A DNA stretch of 64,000 bases, taken from NCBI GenBank assembly GCA_030390025.1, contig CM059432.1, positions 107,014,001-107,078,000 of the forward strand, read 5' to 3'. The notes beneath the pieces are model-generated. The model searched no databases, was not told where the DNA came from, and saw nothing but the letters and a program-made list of their open reading frames with translations. Source of the DNA: Squalus acanthias. Taxonomy: Eukaryota. Made by a program: the position numbers and the translations under genes. This document shows, one piece after another, positions 12,587 to 25,906 of the stretch (position 1 is its first letter; each line of letters opens with the position of its first letter).

Positions 12587-15500
12587 TCTAGTGAGCATCC
12601 ACGCTGGACATCACTGCTGATGACGGTTCCTTCCTCTACATCGCTCCTCCAGGAGAATTTCAATGGCACCATCCAAGAAACGGTCCACTCTTTGGCCTGG
12701 TGCAACTCTCTGTTCTTCTAAAGAATCTTTACTGATTTCCAAATCTGCAAACCGCCATTCCTGCCCATTAAGCAGCTGTAGGCCTTTAAATTCTGCAGCG
12801 GCAACTGATTTGCCACCCATCAGTAGACCAGTTCCTAATCACAGGTACTTTCCACACTGGGAACTCACTCACATGATGATAATGAGGTTGAGCCTAGAAA
12901 TACATATGGGGTCAGCGTATGAAAGGTTGGGCAAGTGAACGTCCCGCACTGTCCCACTTCCAGTTCAGCTTATTCCTGCAAACCCTGAGAACACACTGCT
13001 ATTTGTGCTGATATTTCCTTTCATGCTTTGTCCCATTTGAATTTTGCCGGCCTGGAAAACGCTGTTGCCTCATTGCTGGATAAATCCTAAATCAGAAAAC
13101 CAAGTTCTCTTAGCATCAGCAACCTGAGACATCCACAAATTAATGGGCACATGGTTTAAACTTTATATGTGGGTCCTAAAGAATCATAGAAATTTACGGC
13201 ACAGCAGGAGGCCATTCGGCCCATCATGTCTGTGCCGGTCGAAAAAGAGCTATCCAGCCTAATCCCACTTTCCAGCTCTTGGTCCGTAGCCCTGTAGGTT
13301 ACATCAATTCAATTGCATATCCAAGTACTTTTTAAATGTGATGAGGGTTTCTGCCTCTACCACCCTTTCAGGCAGTGAGTTCCAGACCCCCACAACCCTC
13401 TGGGTAAAAAAACTTCTCCTCAATCCAGCTGCAGCTACTGGCAGACCGCATTGCGGCGCTGGAGCTGCGAATGGATACATACTGGAGCATTCGCGATGCT
13501 GAGGACATCGTGGATAGCACGTTTAATCAGTTGGTCACACCGCAGGTAAAGGCTGCACAGGCAGGAAGGGAATGTGTGACCGCCAGGAAGAGTAGTAGGC
13601 GCAGGCAGGTAGTTCAGGGGTCCCCTGTGGCCATCCCCCTCTCAAACAGATATACCGCTTTGGATATTGTTGAGGGAGATGGCTTATCGGGGGAAGGCAG
13701 CAGCAGCCAACTTCCTGGCACCATGGGTGGTTCTGCTGCACAGGACGGGAGGAAAAAGAGCGGGAGAGCTATAGTGATAGGGAATTCTATTGTAAGGGGA
13801 ATAGATAGGCGTTTCTGCGGCCGCAAACGAGACTCCAGGATGGTATGTTGCCTCCCTGGTGCAAGGGTCAAGGATGTCTTGGAGCGGCTGCAGGGCATTC
13901 TGGAGAGGGAGGGTGAACAGCCAGTTGTCGTGGTGTATATAGGTACCAACGATATAGGTAAAAACCGGGATGAGTTCCTAAAAGCTGAATATAGGGAGTT
14001 AGGAGGTAAATAAAAAAATAGGACCTCAAAGGTAGTAATCTCAGGATTGCTACCAGTGCCACGTGCTAGTCAGAGTAGAAATAGAAGGATATTTCAGATA
14101 AATACGTGGCTAGAGGAATGGTGCAAGGGGGAGGGATTCAAATTCCTGGGACATTGGAACTGGTTCTGGGGGAGGTGGGACCAGTACAAACTGGACGGTT
14201 TGAACCTGGGCAGGACCGGGACTTATGTCCTAGGGGGAGTGTTTGCTAGTGCTGTTGGGGAGGGTTTAAACTAAAATGGCAGGGGGTTGGGAACCTGTGC
14301 AGGGAGACAGAGGAAAGGGAAGCAAGGATAGAAGCAAAAGACAGGAAGGAGAAAAGCAAAAGTGGCAGTCAGAGAAATCAAGGGTGTAAATCAAACATGG
14401 CCACAGTAAATAATAATTCTAAAAAGTCTAAGAGTGTTAAAAAAACAAGTCTGAAGGCTTTGTGTCTTAATGCAAGGAGCATTCGTAATAAGGTGGATGA
14501 ATTAGCTGCACAAATAGATGTAAACAGATATGATATAATTGGGATTACGGAGACATGGCTCCAAGGTGACCAAGGCTGGGAAATCAACATCCAGAGGTAT
14601 TCAATATTCAGGAAAGACAGGCAAAAAGGAAAAGGAGGTGGGGTAGCATTGCTGGTTAAAGAGGAGATTAACACAATAGTAAGGAAGGATACTAGCTCTG
14701 ATGATGTGGAATCTGTATGGGTAGAGCTGAGAAATACCAAGGGGCAGAAAACGTTAGTGGGAGTTGTATACAGACCCCGAAACAGTAATGGTGAGGTAGG
14801 GGATGGCATTAAATGGGAAATTAGAGATCGTGCTATAAGGGCACAGCAGTTATCATGGGTGACTTTATCTACATATAGATTGGGCTAACCAAATTAGTAA
14901 CAATACTGTGGAGGAGGAATTCCTAGAGTGTATACGGGATGGTTTCCTGGACCAATATGTCGAGGAACCAGCTAGAGATCAGGCCATCTTAGACTGGGTA
15001 TTATGTAATGAGAAAGGATTAATTAGCAATCTTGTTGTGCAAGGCCCCTTGGAGAGGAGCGATCATAATATGATAGAATTCTTCATTAAGATGGAGAGTG
15101 AAGTAGTTGACTCAGAGACTAGGGTCCTGAATTTAAATAAAGGAAACTACGATGGTATGAGGCGTGAATTTGCTAGGATGGATTGGGGAATGTTACTTAA
15201 AGGGTTGACGGTGGATAGGCAATGGCAAACATTTAAAGATCGCATGGATGAACTACAGAATTTGTTCATCCCTGTTTGGCATAAAAATAAAACAAAAAAG
15301 GTGACTCAACCATGGCTAACAAGGGAAATTAGGGATAGCATAAGATCCAAGGAGAGGACATATAAATTGGCCAGAAAAAGCAGCAAACCTGAGGATTGGG
15401 AGCAGTTTAGGATTCAGCAAAGGATGACAAAGGGATTAATTAAGAGGGGGGAAATAGAGTATGAGAGTAAGCTTGCAGGGGACATAAAAACTGACTGTAA

Positions 15501-16687
15501 AAGCTTCTATAGATATGTGAAGAGAAAAAGATTGGTGAAGTCAAGCGTAGGTCCCTTGCAGTCAGAATCAGGGGAATTTATAATGGAGAACAAAGAAATG
15601 GCAGACCAATTAAATACATACTTTGGTTCTGTCTTCACAAAGGAGGGCACAAATAACCTCCCAGAGATGTCGGGGAACATAGGGTCTAATGAGAGAGAAG
15701 AACTGAATGAAATCAGTATTTGTAGGGAAATGGTGTTAGGGAAATTGATGGGATTGAAGGCCAATAAATCCCCAGGGCCTGATAATCTACATCCTAGGGT
15801 ACTTAAGGAAGTGGCCCTAGAAATAGTAGATGCATTGCTGGTCATCTTCCAAAATTCTATAGACTCTGAATCATGGATTGGAGGGTAGCTAATGTAACCC
15901 CACTATTTAAAAAAGGTGGGAGAGAGAAAACGGGGAATTATAGGCCGGTAAGCCTGACATCGGTAGTGGGGAAAATGCTAGAGTCCATTATAAAAGATGT
16001 AATAGCAGAGCACTTGGAAAACAGTGACAAGATCGGACAAAGTCAACATGAATTTAAGAAGGTAAATCATGCTTGACTAATCTACTGGAATTTTTTGAGG
16101 ATGTAACTGGTAGAATAGATAAGGAAGAACCAGTGGATGTGGTGTATTTGGACTTTCAGAAGGCTTTCGATAAGGTCCCGCATAAGAGATTAGCTTGCAA
16201 AGTTAAAGCACACGGAATTGGGGGCAAGGTATTGACTTGGATAGAGAACTGGTTGGCAGACAGGAAGCAAAGAGTTGGAATAAACGGGTCTTTTTCCGAG
16301 TGGCAGGCAGTGACTAGTGGGGTACCGCAGGGATCGGTGCTAGGACACCAGTTATTCACAATATATATTAATGATCTGGACGAGGGAACTAGATGTAATA
16401 TCTCCAAGTTTGCAGACGACACAAAGTTGGATGGGCATGTGTGTTGTGAGGAGGATGCAGAGAAACTCCAGTATGATTTGGACAAGTTGGGTGATTGGGC
16501 AGATGCATGGCAGATGCAGTATAATGTGGATAAATGCGAGGTTATCCACTTTGGTGGCAAAAACAGGAAGGCAGATTATTATCTGAACGGCAATAGATTG
16601 GGAAAAGGGGAAGTGCAACGAGACCTGGGAGTCCTTGTGCACCAGTTGTTGAAGGTAAGCATGCAGGTGCAGCAGGTGGTTAAGAAG

Positions 16688-19276
16688 TGTAAGGTTTCCA
16701 AAATTTACAGATTCCCAAAACCTAAGGAAAAAGGACTTTGGAACTACCTCAGAGTGATAAAAATGCATTTGGGCCTAACATAAGGGGGGGAGAAATTCAG
16801 TATCGCCCCATTTGGGGCGCAATTATCGGCCGGGCACAAAGATTAGCGCCTGGCGCTAATTATCGCCACCGTCTGCAAACTTGACTTTTATCACCCCTGG
16901 AGGTGATTGCAGCGCTATATCAGGCGCTTCACACCTGTCTTAAGGCGCAAAGGCCGAGGAGCGAGGCGCTACCTCAGAGCGCTGGCGAAGCTCATGTAAT
17001 GTCAGTCAGCAATGGAACACACACACAATGGCATGGGCCAGTTCTTAAAGGGGATGGTTAATCTTGCTTTCCATCCACATCCTGCTCATTGCAGCCTTGA
17101 ATCTCGGCCTGGAGAGACCTGCACATCAAATGTGCTGGAAAGAACAATGGAGAGTACCAGGCCAAGAGCTCAGAATGCAGCCCCCACAATCTCTGCTAAA
17201 TCGATACATGGAATGGCAAATCAAAATGAACCTGCAAAGTGCTGCTCAGTACCCAAAACTCCTTCACACAACGTTGAATCTCTCCAGAAGTCTCTCCCTC
17301 TCTCTCTCAGAATGCGTAGTTCAAAAATGGCACCAACAATAAAAGGCAGGAATAGCTTTAAATAGCGCTCCCCCTTTCCCTTCATGACTGCAGAACGCTC
17401 CCCTCAACCTGTCGTTGCTAGCGTCAGGCGGTAAGGCAGGGGGCGCCACTCAATATCCGCTCCAGGGCGATACCGGGGCGTTGCGCACTCGAGTGACATC
17501 ATGATCTGCCGGCGCAGGAGATCGTGGCGGTAGTGTTTAGCGCCGCCGCAAAATGTCTAGTTAATTTCGCGAGCGGCGCAAACTTCGCCGCGCCTGGGCG
17601 CTAGATGCTTTGCGCCCCATTAGCGCCCTCTTAAGGCGCTAACGGGAGGCGCAACCAACTGAATTTTTCCCCCAAGGAATTTAATCCCAAAAACCAAGTT
17701 TTGGCATTTTAAAAACATGGCTGGGCCTGTAAAGGGAGAAAAGCCTGTGAAGGAAGTTGGGTGCGACCTCTGTAAAAGCAGTTTTGGGTATTGCAGTTAA
17801 TTGCAATGTCTGGGGAATCGGGATGACCTCACTCAAGCCCCAGCAAGCATTAACATTTTGACAATAGACCCTGGGAGAAGACAGTCCCACCCAAAACAAT
17901 AGGTCCCATCAAACCGATTACAAGGCCCATCAAGAAATATGCATTATACAGAGCACCCAGGACTAGGCTATAGATCAGCCTAGGAACCCAAAACACAAAA
18001 CCCATCACCAGCAATCAGCCAAGAAGATCGACAGGATGCAAACCATCCCAAAAACCCATTTGACACTTACAGAGCAGTTACTGGTAGCAGGCCCGTCAAA
18101 TTCAGACAATGAACTGAACAGATTTGGAGGGTAGATAAGGCCATATTCAATGGGTCAGATTGAAGGCCTGTTAAAACCCAGTTAACGTGCAAGTAAATCG
18201 TTACCGCTTTACGAGCCCGCCAAAACTAGACAATGAACGGAACAGATTTGGCGGGTAGATAAGGCCACTTCAATTCTGTATAATTGAAGGCCCACCAAGC
18301 ACACAGCAGAGAGAAGAACTAGCTAGAAGAGGAGAGAAGCAACACAGTTCAGCGTTCGTTGGGTCGAGCAGTCCGTCGCAACCGGTGGTCATCAGAAGGA
18401 GGAGAGACCAAGGAGAAGAAGGCCCGAGCTGGAAGTGAGTCGGCATCGCTCACCACTCAGACACACTTGAGTCCAGCTCGCGAAGACACCACCTCGACGG
18501 ACTCCAACAACGGCCCCAACAAGCAGCAACCAGTCACCGACGGCTCCACGAGGTCGACCGGCACACCAACCAAGGCCTAAAGCCATCGCGGGAACCAAAG
18601 GCCTCACAAAACCAACAACCGCGCATTACCCCCAACTGACCGGGTAATAGCAGGCCACCGCGACCAACAAAGACCAACTCCAGGGAAGAAAACCCGAAGA
18701 ATCGCAAAGTTTCCACACTACAAACTACTCCTGACTTACCCCTGGGTAAGATTTTCCCCAAAGACTCTAAGCCCTACTGCTGAACTAAAGAAATTGGGTA
18801 CTCACCAGATAAATCCATAACGACATCCTACCGCATCAGCGGACTCGCGAAGACTGACCAGAGACCCAGGTGAAGTCCTCTACCGCGTACGGGGTACGGC
18901 AGACACTAACTGCCATAAACAGCAAACCCCAAAACTGCGATTTAGCCCAACTGTCAAAGGATTGGTGAGCATTATCCCTGGTCCTTCAAAACCTAACTTA
19001 GCTAGTAAAGTGGGGTTGGGAGGAGTGAAGTATTGTTCTACTGTCATTTCCCTCGCTTGTACCGAAGTGTTCCCCACCTTTAGAGTGATAAGAGTGTTAT
19101 TATTTGTGTCTTACCTTTTAATAAAGATTGAAGTTCTTTCATCAAACTCAGTTGTCTGCTGCACCTTTTGTGCACAACCCCCAAATAAGTCCAAGGTCTA
19201 GAACCAAGGGAGTGGGAGTGATTCGAACCGCTCAGAAGTCAGAGGTAAAGCTGACACAAAAACCCCACCCCCTACA
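16688..19276 (+). mobile_element. Long solo LTR (~1.7 kb net) with a nested MITE
   Basis: TGTA...TACA ends; TSD GAAG (16684-16687 and 19277-19280); AATAAA at ~19120; the CR1 reading frame rejoins across it. Confidence 0.85.
16785..17673. mobile_element. Non-autonomous PIF/Harbinger-like element (MITE)
   Basis: TIRs GGGGAGAAATTCAG / CTGAATTTTTCCCC; 3-bp TSD AAG; rich in (T)AGCGCC motifs; related to 61749-62505. Confidence 0.75.
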
Positions 19277-20689
19277 GAAGGCAAATGGTATGTTGGCCTT
19301 CATAGCGAGAGGATTCGAGTACAGGAGCAAGGATGTCTTGCTGCAGTTGTACAAGGCCTTGGTGAGACCACACCTTGAGTATTGTGTGCAGTTTTGGTCG
19401 CCTTATCTGAGGAAGGATGTTCTTGCCATGGAGGGAGTGCAGCGAAGATTCACCAGACTGATACCTGGGATGGCAGGAATGACGTATGAAGAGAGATTGG
19501 GACGATTGGGCTTGAATTCGCTAGAGTTTAGAAGAATGAGAGGGGGTCTCATTGAATCTTATAAAATTCTAACAGGACTAGACAGACTAGATGCAGGAAG
19601 GATGTTCCCGATAGCGGGGGAGTCCAGAACCAGGGGTCACAGTCTAAGGATAAGGGGTAAGCCATTTAGGACTGAGATGAGGAGGAATTTCTTCACCCAG
19701 AGAGTGGTGAACCTGTGGAATTCTCTACCACAGAAGGCAGTTGAGGCCAATTCATTAAATATATTCAAGAAGGAGTTAGATATATTTCTTAAGCTAAAGG
19801 GATCAAGGGATATGGGGAGAAAGCAGGGACAGGGTACTGAATTTGGATGATCAGCCATGATCTCACTAAATGGCGGAGCAGGCTCGAGGGGCCGAATGGC
19901 CTACTCCTGCTCCTATCTTCTATGTTTCAACTCACCTCTAATCCTTCTACCAATTACTTTAAATCTATGCCCCCTAGTTATTGATCTCTCTGCTAAGGGA
20001 AAGAGGTCCTTCCTATCAACTCTATCTAGGCCCCTCATAATTTTATACACCTCAATTAAGTCTCCCCTCAGCCTCCTCTGTTCCAAAGAAAACAACCCCA
20101 GCCTATCCAATCTTTCTTCATAGCTAAAATTCTCCAGTCCGGGCAACATCCTTGTAAATCTCCTCTGTACCCTCTCTAGTGCAATCACATCATTCCTGTA
20201 ATGTGGTGACCAGAACTGTACACAGTATTCTAGCTGTGGCCTAACTAGTGTTTTATACAGTTCAAGCATAACCTCCCTGCTCTTATCTTCTATGCCTAAA
20301 GCTCCATGTTTCTGCATGAAGCCACTCCTACAAAGAGAAAAAGCTTGGATCCTACGGCTCTAAACAAAGAGAGATGAAGTAAATAGATATTAATAAAGGA
20401 TGGAAAGCCAAACTCTTACTTACACAATGACGGTGTCTAGCCCTCCACTGGACACCTCCTGATTCACTCTGCACCTCCATTTCACCTGCCACCCCCAATC
20501 TCTTCCATTTTAATCCCACTTCGTTCCTTTTTCCATCCCTTTGCAACATTGACCCTCCGATTGCTCCATTCGATGTCGTTCCCCTGTTAAACTATTCTCC
20601 TGTCGTCATTCCGGGCTCAAGTCGCTCCTAGGCATCCCCTTAACCTCCCTAGGCTTCATTCTAGGTGGTCTTCACCTGCGCCTGTCGCA

Positions 20690-22750
20690 GTTCAATCATC
20701 CAGAGATTAACAGGGGTCTAAGGGATAATAATTTGCCACTGCAGGTTTCAGAAAGGAAGATCATCCTTGACAAACGTTATAGCGTTATAGAGTACTTTGA
20801 GGAGGTGACAGATATGGTGGATGGGGGAAATGCAGGGGATGTGGTACATGGACTTCAAGAAAGCCTTTGACGAGGTACCACACAGGAGACTATTGGAGAA
20901 GATTGAGGTGTATGGAATTAGGGAGAAGGTCACAAATTGGATTAAAAACTGGTTAGAAGGGAGGAAGCAGCGAGTAGGAGTTAAAGGTTGTTGGAAGTGG
21001 CTAGTAAAGGGTTCTGTTCTGAGATTGCTTCTGTAAGGGGTTTCGGTTCGTAGGTGCTTGTGCAGGGTTAGGCCTTCGTTGCCTAATACTATTGCTTGCT
21101 CTGGTCTCCGGCCAGCCTTGTTGCAATAAGCACCTGTGAGTGGTTCGACCCACTCGCCCTTACGGTTCTAACACTGGACTTAGGTGCGAGAGCAGTAATG
21201 CAGAGAAAACTCAAATAGACCCGGTTGAATAGTACGAAATGGAAATCTTTATTGCATAACGTCCAAAATCATGAAGTACATGTCATAGGCACAAATTAAT
21301 GACAGTACAAGTATACATACATTCATAAAACTTGGTCTAGGATAATGAGGAACGCACGGCACATCGTAAAAAGGGAACACATTATATTTATCCTTAATAA
21401 AACCACCCTCCCCTATCAATACCTACACTAATCTAGATTTGTAGGATCGAGGAAACATGCTCACCACTCGTGATACTTCGGAGAATTTTAAACGAGGCAC
21501 TCGGCTTGTTTTGCTGCAACACCTGACTGTCACGTGTTGGAAGGGGTCTCTGTACCCCACTTGTTTATCTTCTCTGCTCCGGCTAGTAGGCTGGGCTCCC
21601 CGTTGTCATGAAGAACTCGACAGTGCTCGGGCCCGGCTGTAGAACTCAAAGAAAAGTCTTTCTGGACCGACACCAGTTAACCGGTAGACTTCAAAGAAGA
21701 GTCTTCCTGTATTGACACCGGTTGTCGATAGAATTCGAAAGAGAGTCTTCCACTGGTTCGGCAGCAACCTGATAGAGTTCAAAAATGGTCTCTATATTTT
21801 CGGGCGCGGTCGGGGTTTACTGACCGTGGCGGCACGTGGATTCTTCTTCTTCTCTTCTCATCTCGTCTCGTCTCGTCTCTTCGGGCCTTCGGGTCCAGAA
21901 CACCGTTTACCGACCCTCGGGATGGTGCACCCGGTCACTGGCCTTCGTCGAGGCGACTCGTTCCAAATTGAGCTCCACCTAACATAGGAGAATAAAAGTT
22001 CAGCCCGCGTCCAGAGTCAGTTCAAACGAATCAGCCCCGGGAGGATCAGAGGAATAAGAGAGAGATGGACGTTTGTTCACTATAGTTATAGTGCTGTGTT
22101 CCCTTATCTCCCGCCCAATCTTAATGTTCATCCTTTGTGAAATCTTGGCGCTCAAAATTCCCAGTATGGGGTGATTCTTGTTTGTAATGGGTTTCGGTAG
22201 CACCTTAAACTGGCCAACTGCCCGTTAATGCTTTCCCCATTGTCGAACCGGCTAGGAGCCTCCCTGACTGGTTTTGGGGCCTCCTCGAATACTGACTTAA
22301 TCACCCGAGAATGGCTCTCTCATTGTAGAGCCGTGGGGAATTTGCGTATTGATGTATCTGGATGGGCCTTCGATTGCCCAGTACAATGGTCCTTACTTGT
22401 GCATGGAAAATGATTCCAGCACTTATATCTTTGCTATTGTGTCGAATGCAGACAGGTTGCATCCTGTCTTTATCAGTGTTTGCTGCGTATTAACCAATCT
22501 TTACTGAAATGTTTATTCGAACGCCATTTTGTCTGCCCACTGAAAATTCTGGAAGCTTCTGCCACGAGGCGCGGCGGCCATTTTACAGGCTTCTGTGTCC
22601 TGTTTAATCATGACAGCATTTCGTTGAAATAAAACTGATGAAACGAATCTGCTTTATCTCGTTATTTCGAATCGCGATAATTGCGAATTTTACACATCTG
22701 TACAATAATTTGGATATTGGGCTAACGGGAGTGGTGTCCAAATTTGCAGG
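20690..22750 (+). mobile_element. Old CR1 RT fragment split by an LTR
   Basis: YMDFKKAFDEVPH...GSVL before 21032 continues as YNNLDIGLTGVVSKFA after 22694. Confidence 0.7.
21032..22694 (-). mobile_element. Solo LTR (~1.66 kb)
   Basis: TGTAA...TTACA inverted termini; imperfect TSD CTTC/CATC; minus-strand AATAAA at ~21248; interrupts a CR1 relic. Confidence 0.75.
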
Positions 22751-23146
22751 CAATCTGGTTAACAGATGCTTAATTGTACTTGTAGCCAGTGCTGCCTCCT
22801 CTACTCCTGCAAAGAAAGATGACTTGTGAGGGACAGGGTACAATTGCTGCCGTGTTCTATCAAGTCAGAAATTCAATAGCTTGTGTAACTCTAAGATTCA
22901 CCTCCTTTTGAGTGACTGACACAATTGCATCTGAGCACCAAGGAATCTCAGAGACCTGATTGCAAAGCTCCGCGCTGCTTCTTTTGACATTGGTTTTCAT
23001 GATCACAACAGCAGCACTGAACAACAGTCGGGATGTTGGTCAGCCAGTCCCTTGGAGACCACAAAGAGCAATTTGTCCAGCTGGCCAAGGGATAAGTGCT
23101 TTGAAATAGCCTCTCCAATCTCAGAGTATGTTTGAAGAAGACTGAT
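22750..23146 (-). pseudogene. Maestro HEAT-like repeat (MROH1-like) coding relic
   Basis: Manual translation: SLLQTYSEIGEAISKHLSLGQLDKLLFVVSKGLADQHPDCC/fs/SAAVVIMKTNVKRSSAELCNQVSEI...VTQAIEFLT**NTAAIV...LATSTIKHLLTRL. It is collinear with the recalled MROH1 segment VGQIIAKRLPPDQL..EALGDPEKNCSRAATVMINCLLQERGGVLQEKVPEI. Frameshifts and stops are present. Confidence 0.65.
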
Positions 23147-23156
23147 CTGATTATAT

Positions 23157-23587
23157 AAAAAGAAAGACTTGCATTTATATAGCGCCTTTCATGACCTCAG
23201 GATGTCCCAAAGTGCTTTACAGCCAATGAAGTACTTTTAAAGTGTAGTCACTGTTGTAATGTAGGAAACGCAGCAGCCAATTTGCACACAGCAAACTCCC
23301 ACAAACAGCAAAGTGATAATGACCAAATAATCTGTTTTTATATGATATTGATTGAGGGATAAATATTGGCCAGGACACTGGGGAGAACTCACCTGCGCTT
23401 CTTCAAAATAATGCCATGGGATCATTTACGTCCACCTGAGTTGGTTTAACGTCTCATCCGAAAGACGACACCTCCGACAGTGCAGCACTCCCTCAGTCCT
23501 GCACTAGAGTCCCTGGAGTGGGACTATGAACCCACAACCTTCTGACTCAGAGGCGAAAGTGCTACCAACTGAGTCACAGCTGACACT
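23157..23587 (-). mobile_element. DeuSINE (SacSINE1-like), tRNA-headed
   Basis: tRNA head with A and B boxes; Deu domain gtctttcggatgagacgttaaacc...gatcccatggca; tail ggcgctatataaatgcaagtctttcttt. Confidence 0.85.
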
Positions 23588-25136
23588 GGCAATAGGAACA
23601 GGAGTAGGCCATACGGCCCTTCGAGCCTGCTCTGCCATTCAATAAGATCATAGCTGATCTCCAACCTCAACTCCACTTTCCTGCACTATCCCCATATCCC
23701 TTGATTTCCTTAATATTCAAAAATCTATCGATCTCTGTCTCAAATATACTCAATGACTGAGCATCCATAGCTCTCTGAGGTAGAGAATTCCAAAGAATCA
23801 CTGTTCTTTGAGTGAAGTAATTTCTCCTCATCTCAGTCCTAAATGGATGACCCCTTATTTTGAGACTGTGACCCCTAGTTCTAGATTCAACATCCTCCTA
23901 GCATCTACCCTGTCAAGACCCTTAAGAATTTTATATGTTTCAATGAGTTCAACTCTCATTCTTCTAAACTCTAGAGAATATAGGCCTAGTCTACTCAAGC
24001 TCTCCTCATAGAACAATCCTCCCATCCCAGGGATCAGTTTAGTGAACCTACGTTGCGCTCCCTTTAAGGCAAGTATATCCTTCCTTATGTGAGGAATACT
24101 TCAGGTGTGGTCTCACCACGGCTCCATATAATTGTAGTAAGACTTCCTTACTCTATACTCCAATCCCTTTGTAATGAAGGCTAACATACCATTTGCTTTC
24201 CTAATTGCTTACTGTAAATGCATGTTAACTTTCTGTGATTCATGTACAAGGACACCCAGGTCCCCCTGCAGATCAACATTTCCCAGTCTCTCACCAGTTA
24301 AAAATATTCTACTTTTCTATTTTTCCTACAAAAGCGGATAACTTCGCACTTCTCCACATTATATCCCATCTACCATGTTCTTGCGCACTCACTTAACCTG
24401 TCTATATCCCTTTGCAGCCTCTTTGCATCCTCACAGCTTACTTTCCCATCTAAATTTGTATTGTCAGCAAACTTGAATACATTACACTCGGTCACCTCAT
24501 CTAAGTCATTAATATAGATGAGGCTCAAGCACTGATCCTTGCGGTAACCCACTAGTTACACCCTGCCAACCCGAAAATGACCCATTTATTCCTACTCTCT
24601 GTTTTCTGTCCGTTAACAAATCCTCAATCCATGTTAAAATATTACCCCCAATCCCATGAGCCCTAATTTTGTGTAATAACCTCTTATATGGCAGTTTATT
24701 GAATGCTTTTTGAAAATCCAAATACACTACATCCATTGGTTCCCCCTTAACTACCCTACTAGTTACAACCTCAAAAAACCCTAACAGATTTGACAAACAC
24801 GATTTCCCTTTCATAAATCCGTGTTGACTTTGCCCAATCATATTACGATTTTCTAAGTGCCCTGTTACTACATCCCTAATAATAGATTCTAGCATTTTCC
24901 CTACTACTGATGCCAGGCTAACTGGCCTGTAACATGTGGGAAATCAGGGACGCTTCCTGTGTCCCTGACAACCATGTGTGCGGGAAGTGTGTCCAGCTGC
25001 AGCTCATGTGGGACCGCATGACGGCCCTTGAGCTGCGGATGGACTCACTTTGGAGCATCCACGATTCTGAGAGGGTTGTGGATAGCACATTTAGTGAGTT
25101 GGTCACACCGCAGGTTAAGGCCAGCGTAGATAGTAC

Positions 25137-25832
25137 ATGGGTGACCAAAAGGCAGAGCAAGGGCAGGAAGGTAGTGCAGAAATCCCTGGGGTTGTCTCCC
25201 TTAGCAACAGGTTCACCGCCTTAGGTGCTGTTGTCGGGGGGGATGACTCATCGGGGGAAGGCACCAGCAGCCAGGCTCATGGCACCATGACTGGCTCTGT
25301 TGCAAAGAAGGGAGGGAAAAAGAGTGGCAGGGCTATAGTAATAGGGGATTCGATTGTAAGGGGAATAGATAGGGGTTTCTGTGGTCGCGACCGAGACTCC
25401 AGGATGGTATGTTGCCTCCCTGGTGCAAGGGTCAAGGATGTCTCGGTGCAGAACATTCTGGAGGGGGAGGGGGAACAGCCAGTTGTCGTGATACATGTTG
25501 GTACCAACGACGTAGCTAAAAAAAGGGAAGAGGTCCTACAAGTAGAATTTAGGGAGTTAGGAGCCAAGCTAAAAAGTAGGACCTCGAAGGTAGTAATCTC
25601 TGGATTACTACCAGTGCCACGTGCTAGTAAGAGTACAGAGAACAGGATAGTTAGGCTAAATACGTGGCTTGAGCAGTGGTGTAAGAGGGAGGGTTTTAAA
25701 TTTTTGAGGCATTGGAACCAGTTTTGTGGTAGGTGTGACCTATACAAAAGGGACGGTCTACACCTGTGCAAAGATGGAACTGATGTTCTCGGGGTAATTT
25801 TTGATAAAGCAGTTCGGGAGCAGTTAAACTAG
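25137..25832 (+). pseudogene. CR1 ORF1 SGNH/GDSL esterase-like domain (N-terminus frameshifted)
   Basis: Motifs VIGDSIVRG, CCLPGA, HVGTND, DGLHL. Confidence 0.85.
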
Positions 25833-25906
25833 TATGGCAGGGGGCTAGAAACCTATGTAGTGAAATAGAGGAAAGTGAAAGGCAGACAGAAATAAATGGT
25901 AAAAGG

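Larger units (their letters stand above)
13424..19926 (+). mobile_element. CR1 LINE with ORF1 (SGNH esterase-like) and ORF2, frameshifted, interrupted by an LTR
   Basis: ORF1 motifs VIGNSIVRG, CCLPGA, IGTND; ORF2 at 14397-16687 resumes at 19277; TSD TCAA at 13420 and 19927. Confidence 0.9.
13181..20300 (-). mobile_element. CR1 3' fragment split by the 13424-19926 insertion
   Basis: Halves 13181-13423 and 19927-20300 rejoin; TSD TCAA. Confidence 0.85.

Noticed and set aside
12590..13170. Possible host exon(s) on the minus strand (ORF 12611-12820)
   Set aside because: No recognisable homology or convincing splice-site pair.
21640..21795. CRISPR array
   Set aside because: The repeats are degenerate, the spacers resemble each other, the array lies inside an LTR in vertebrate DNA, and there are no cas genes.
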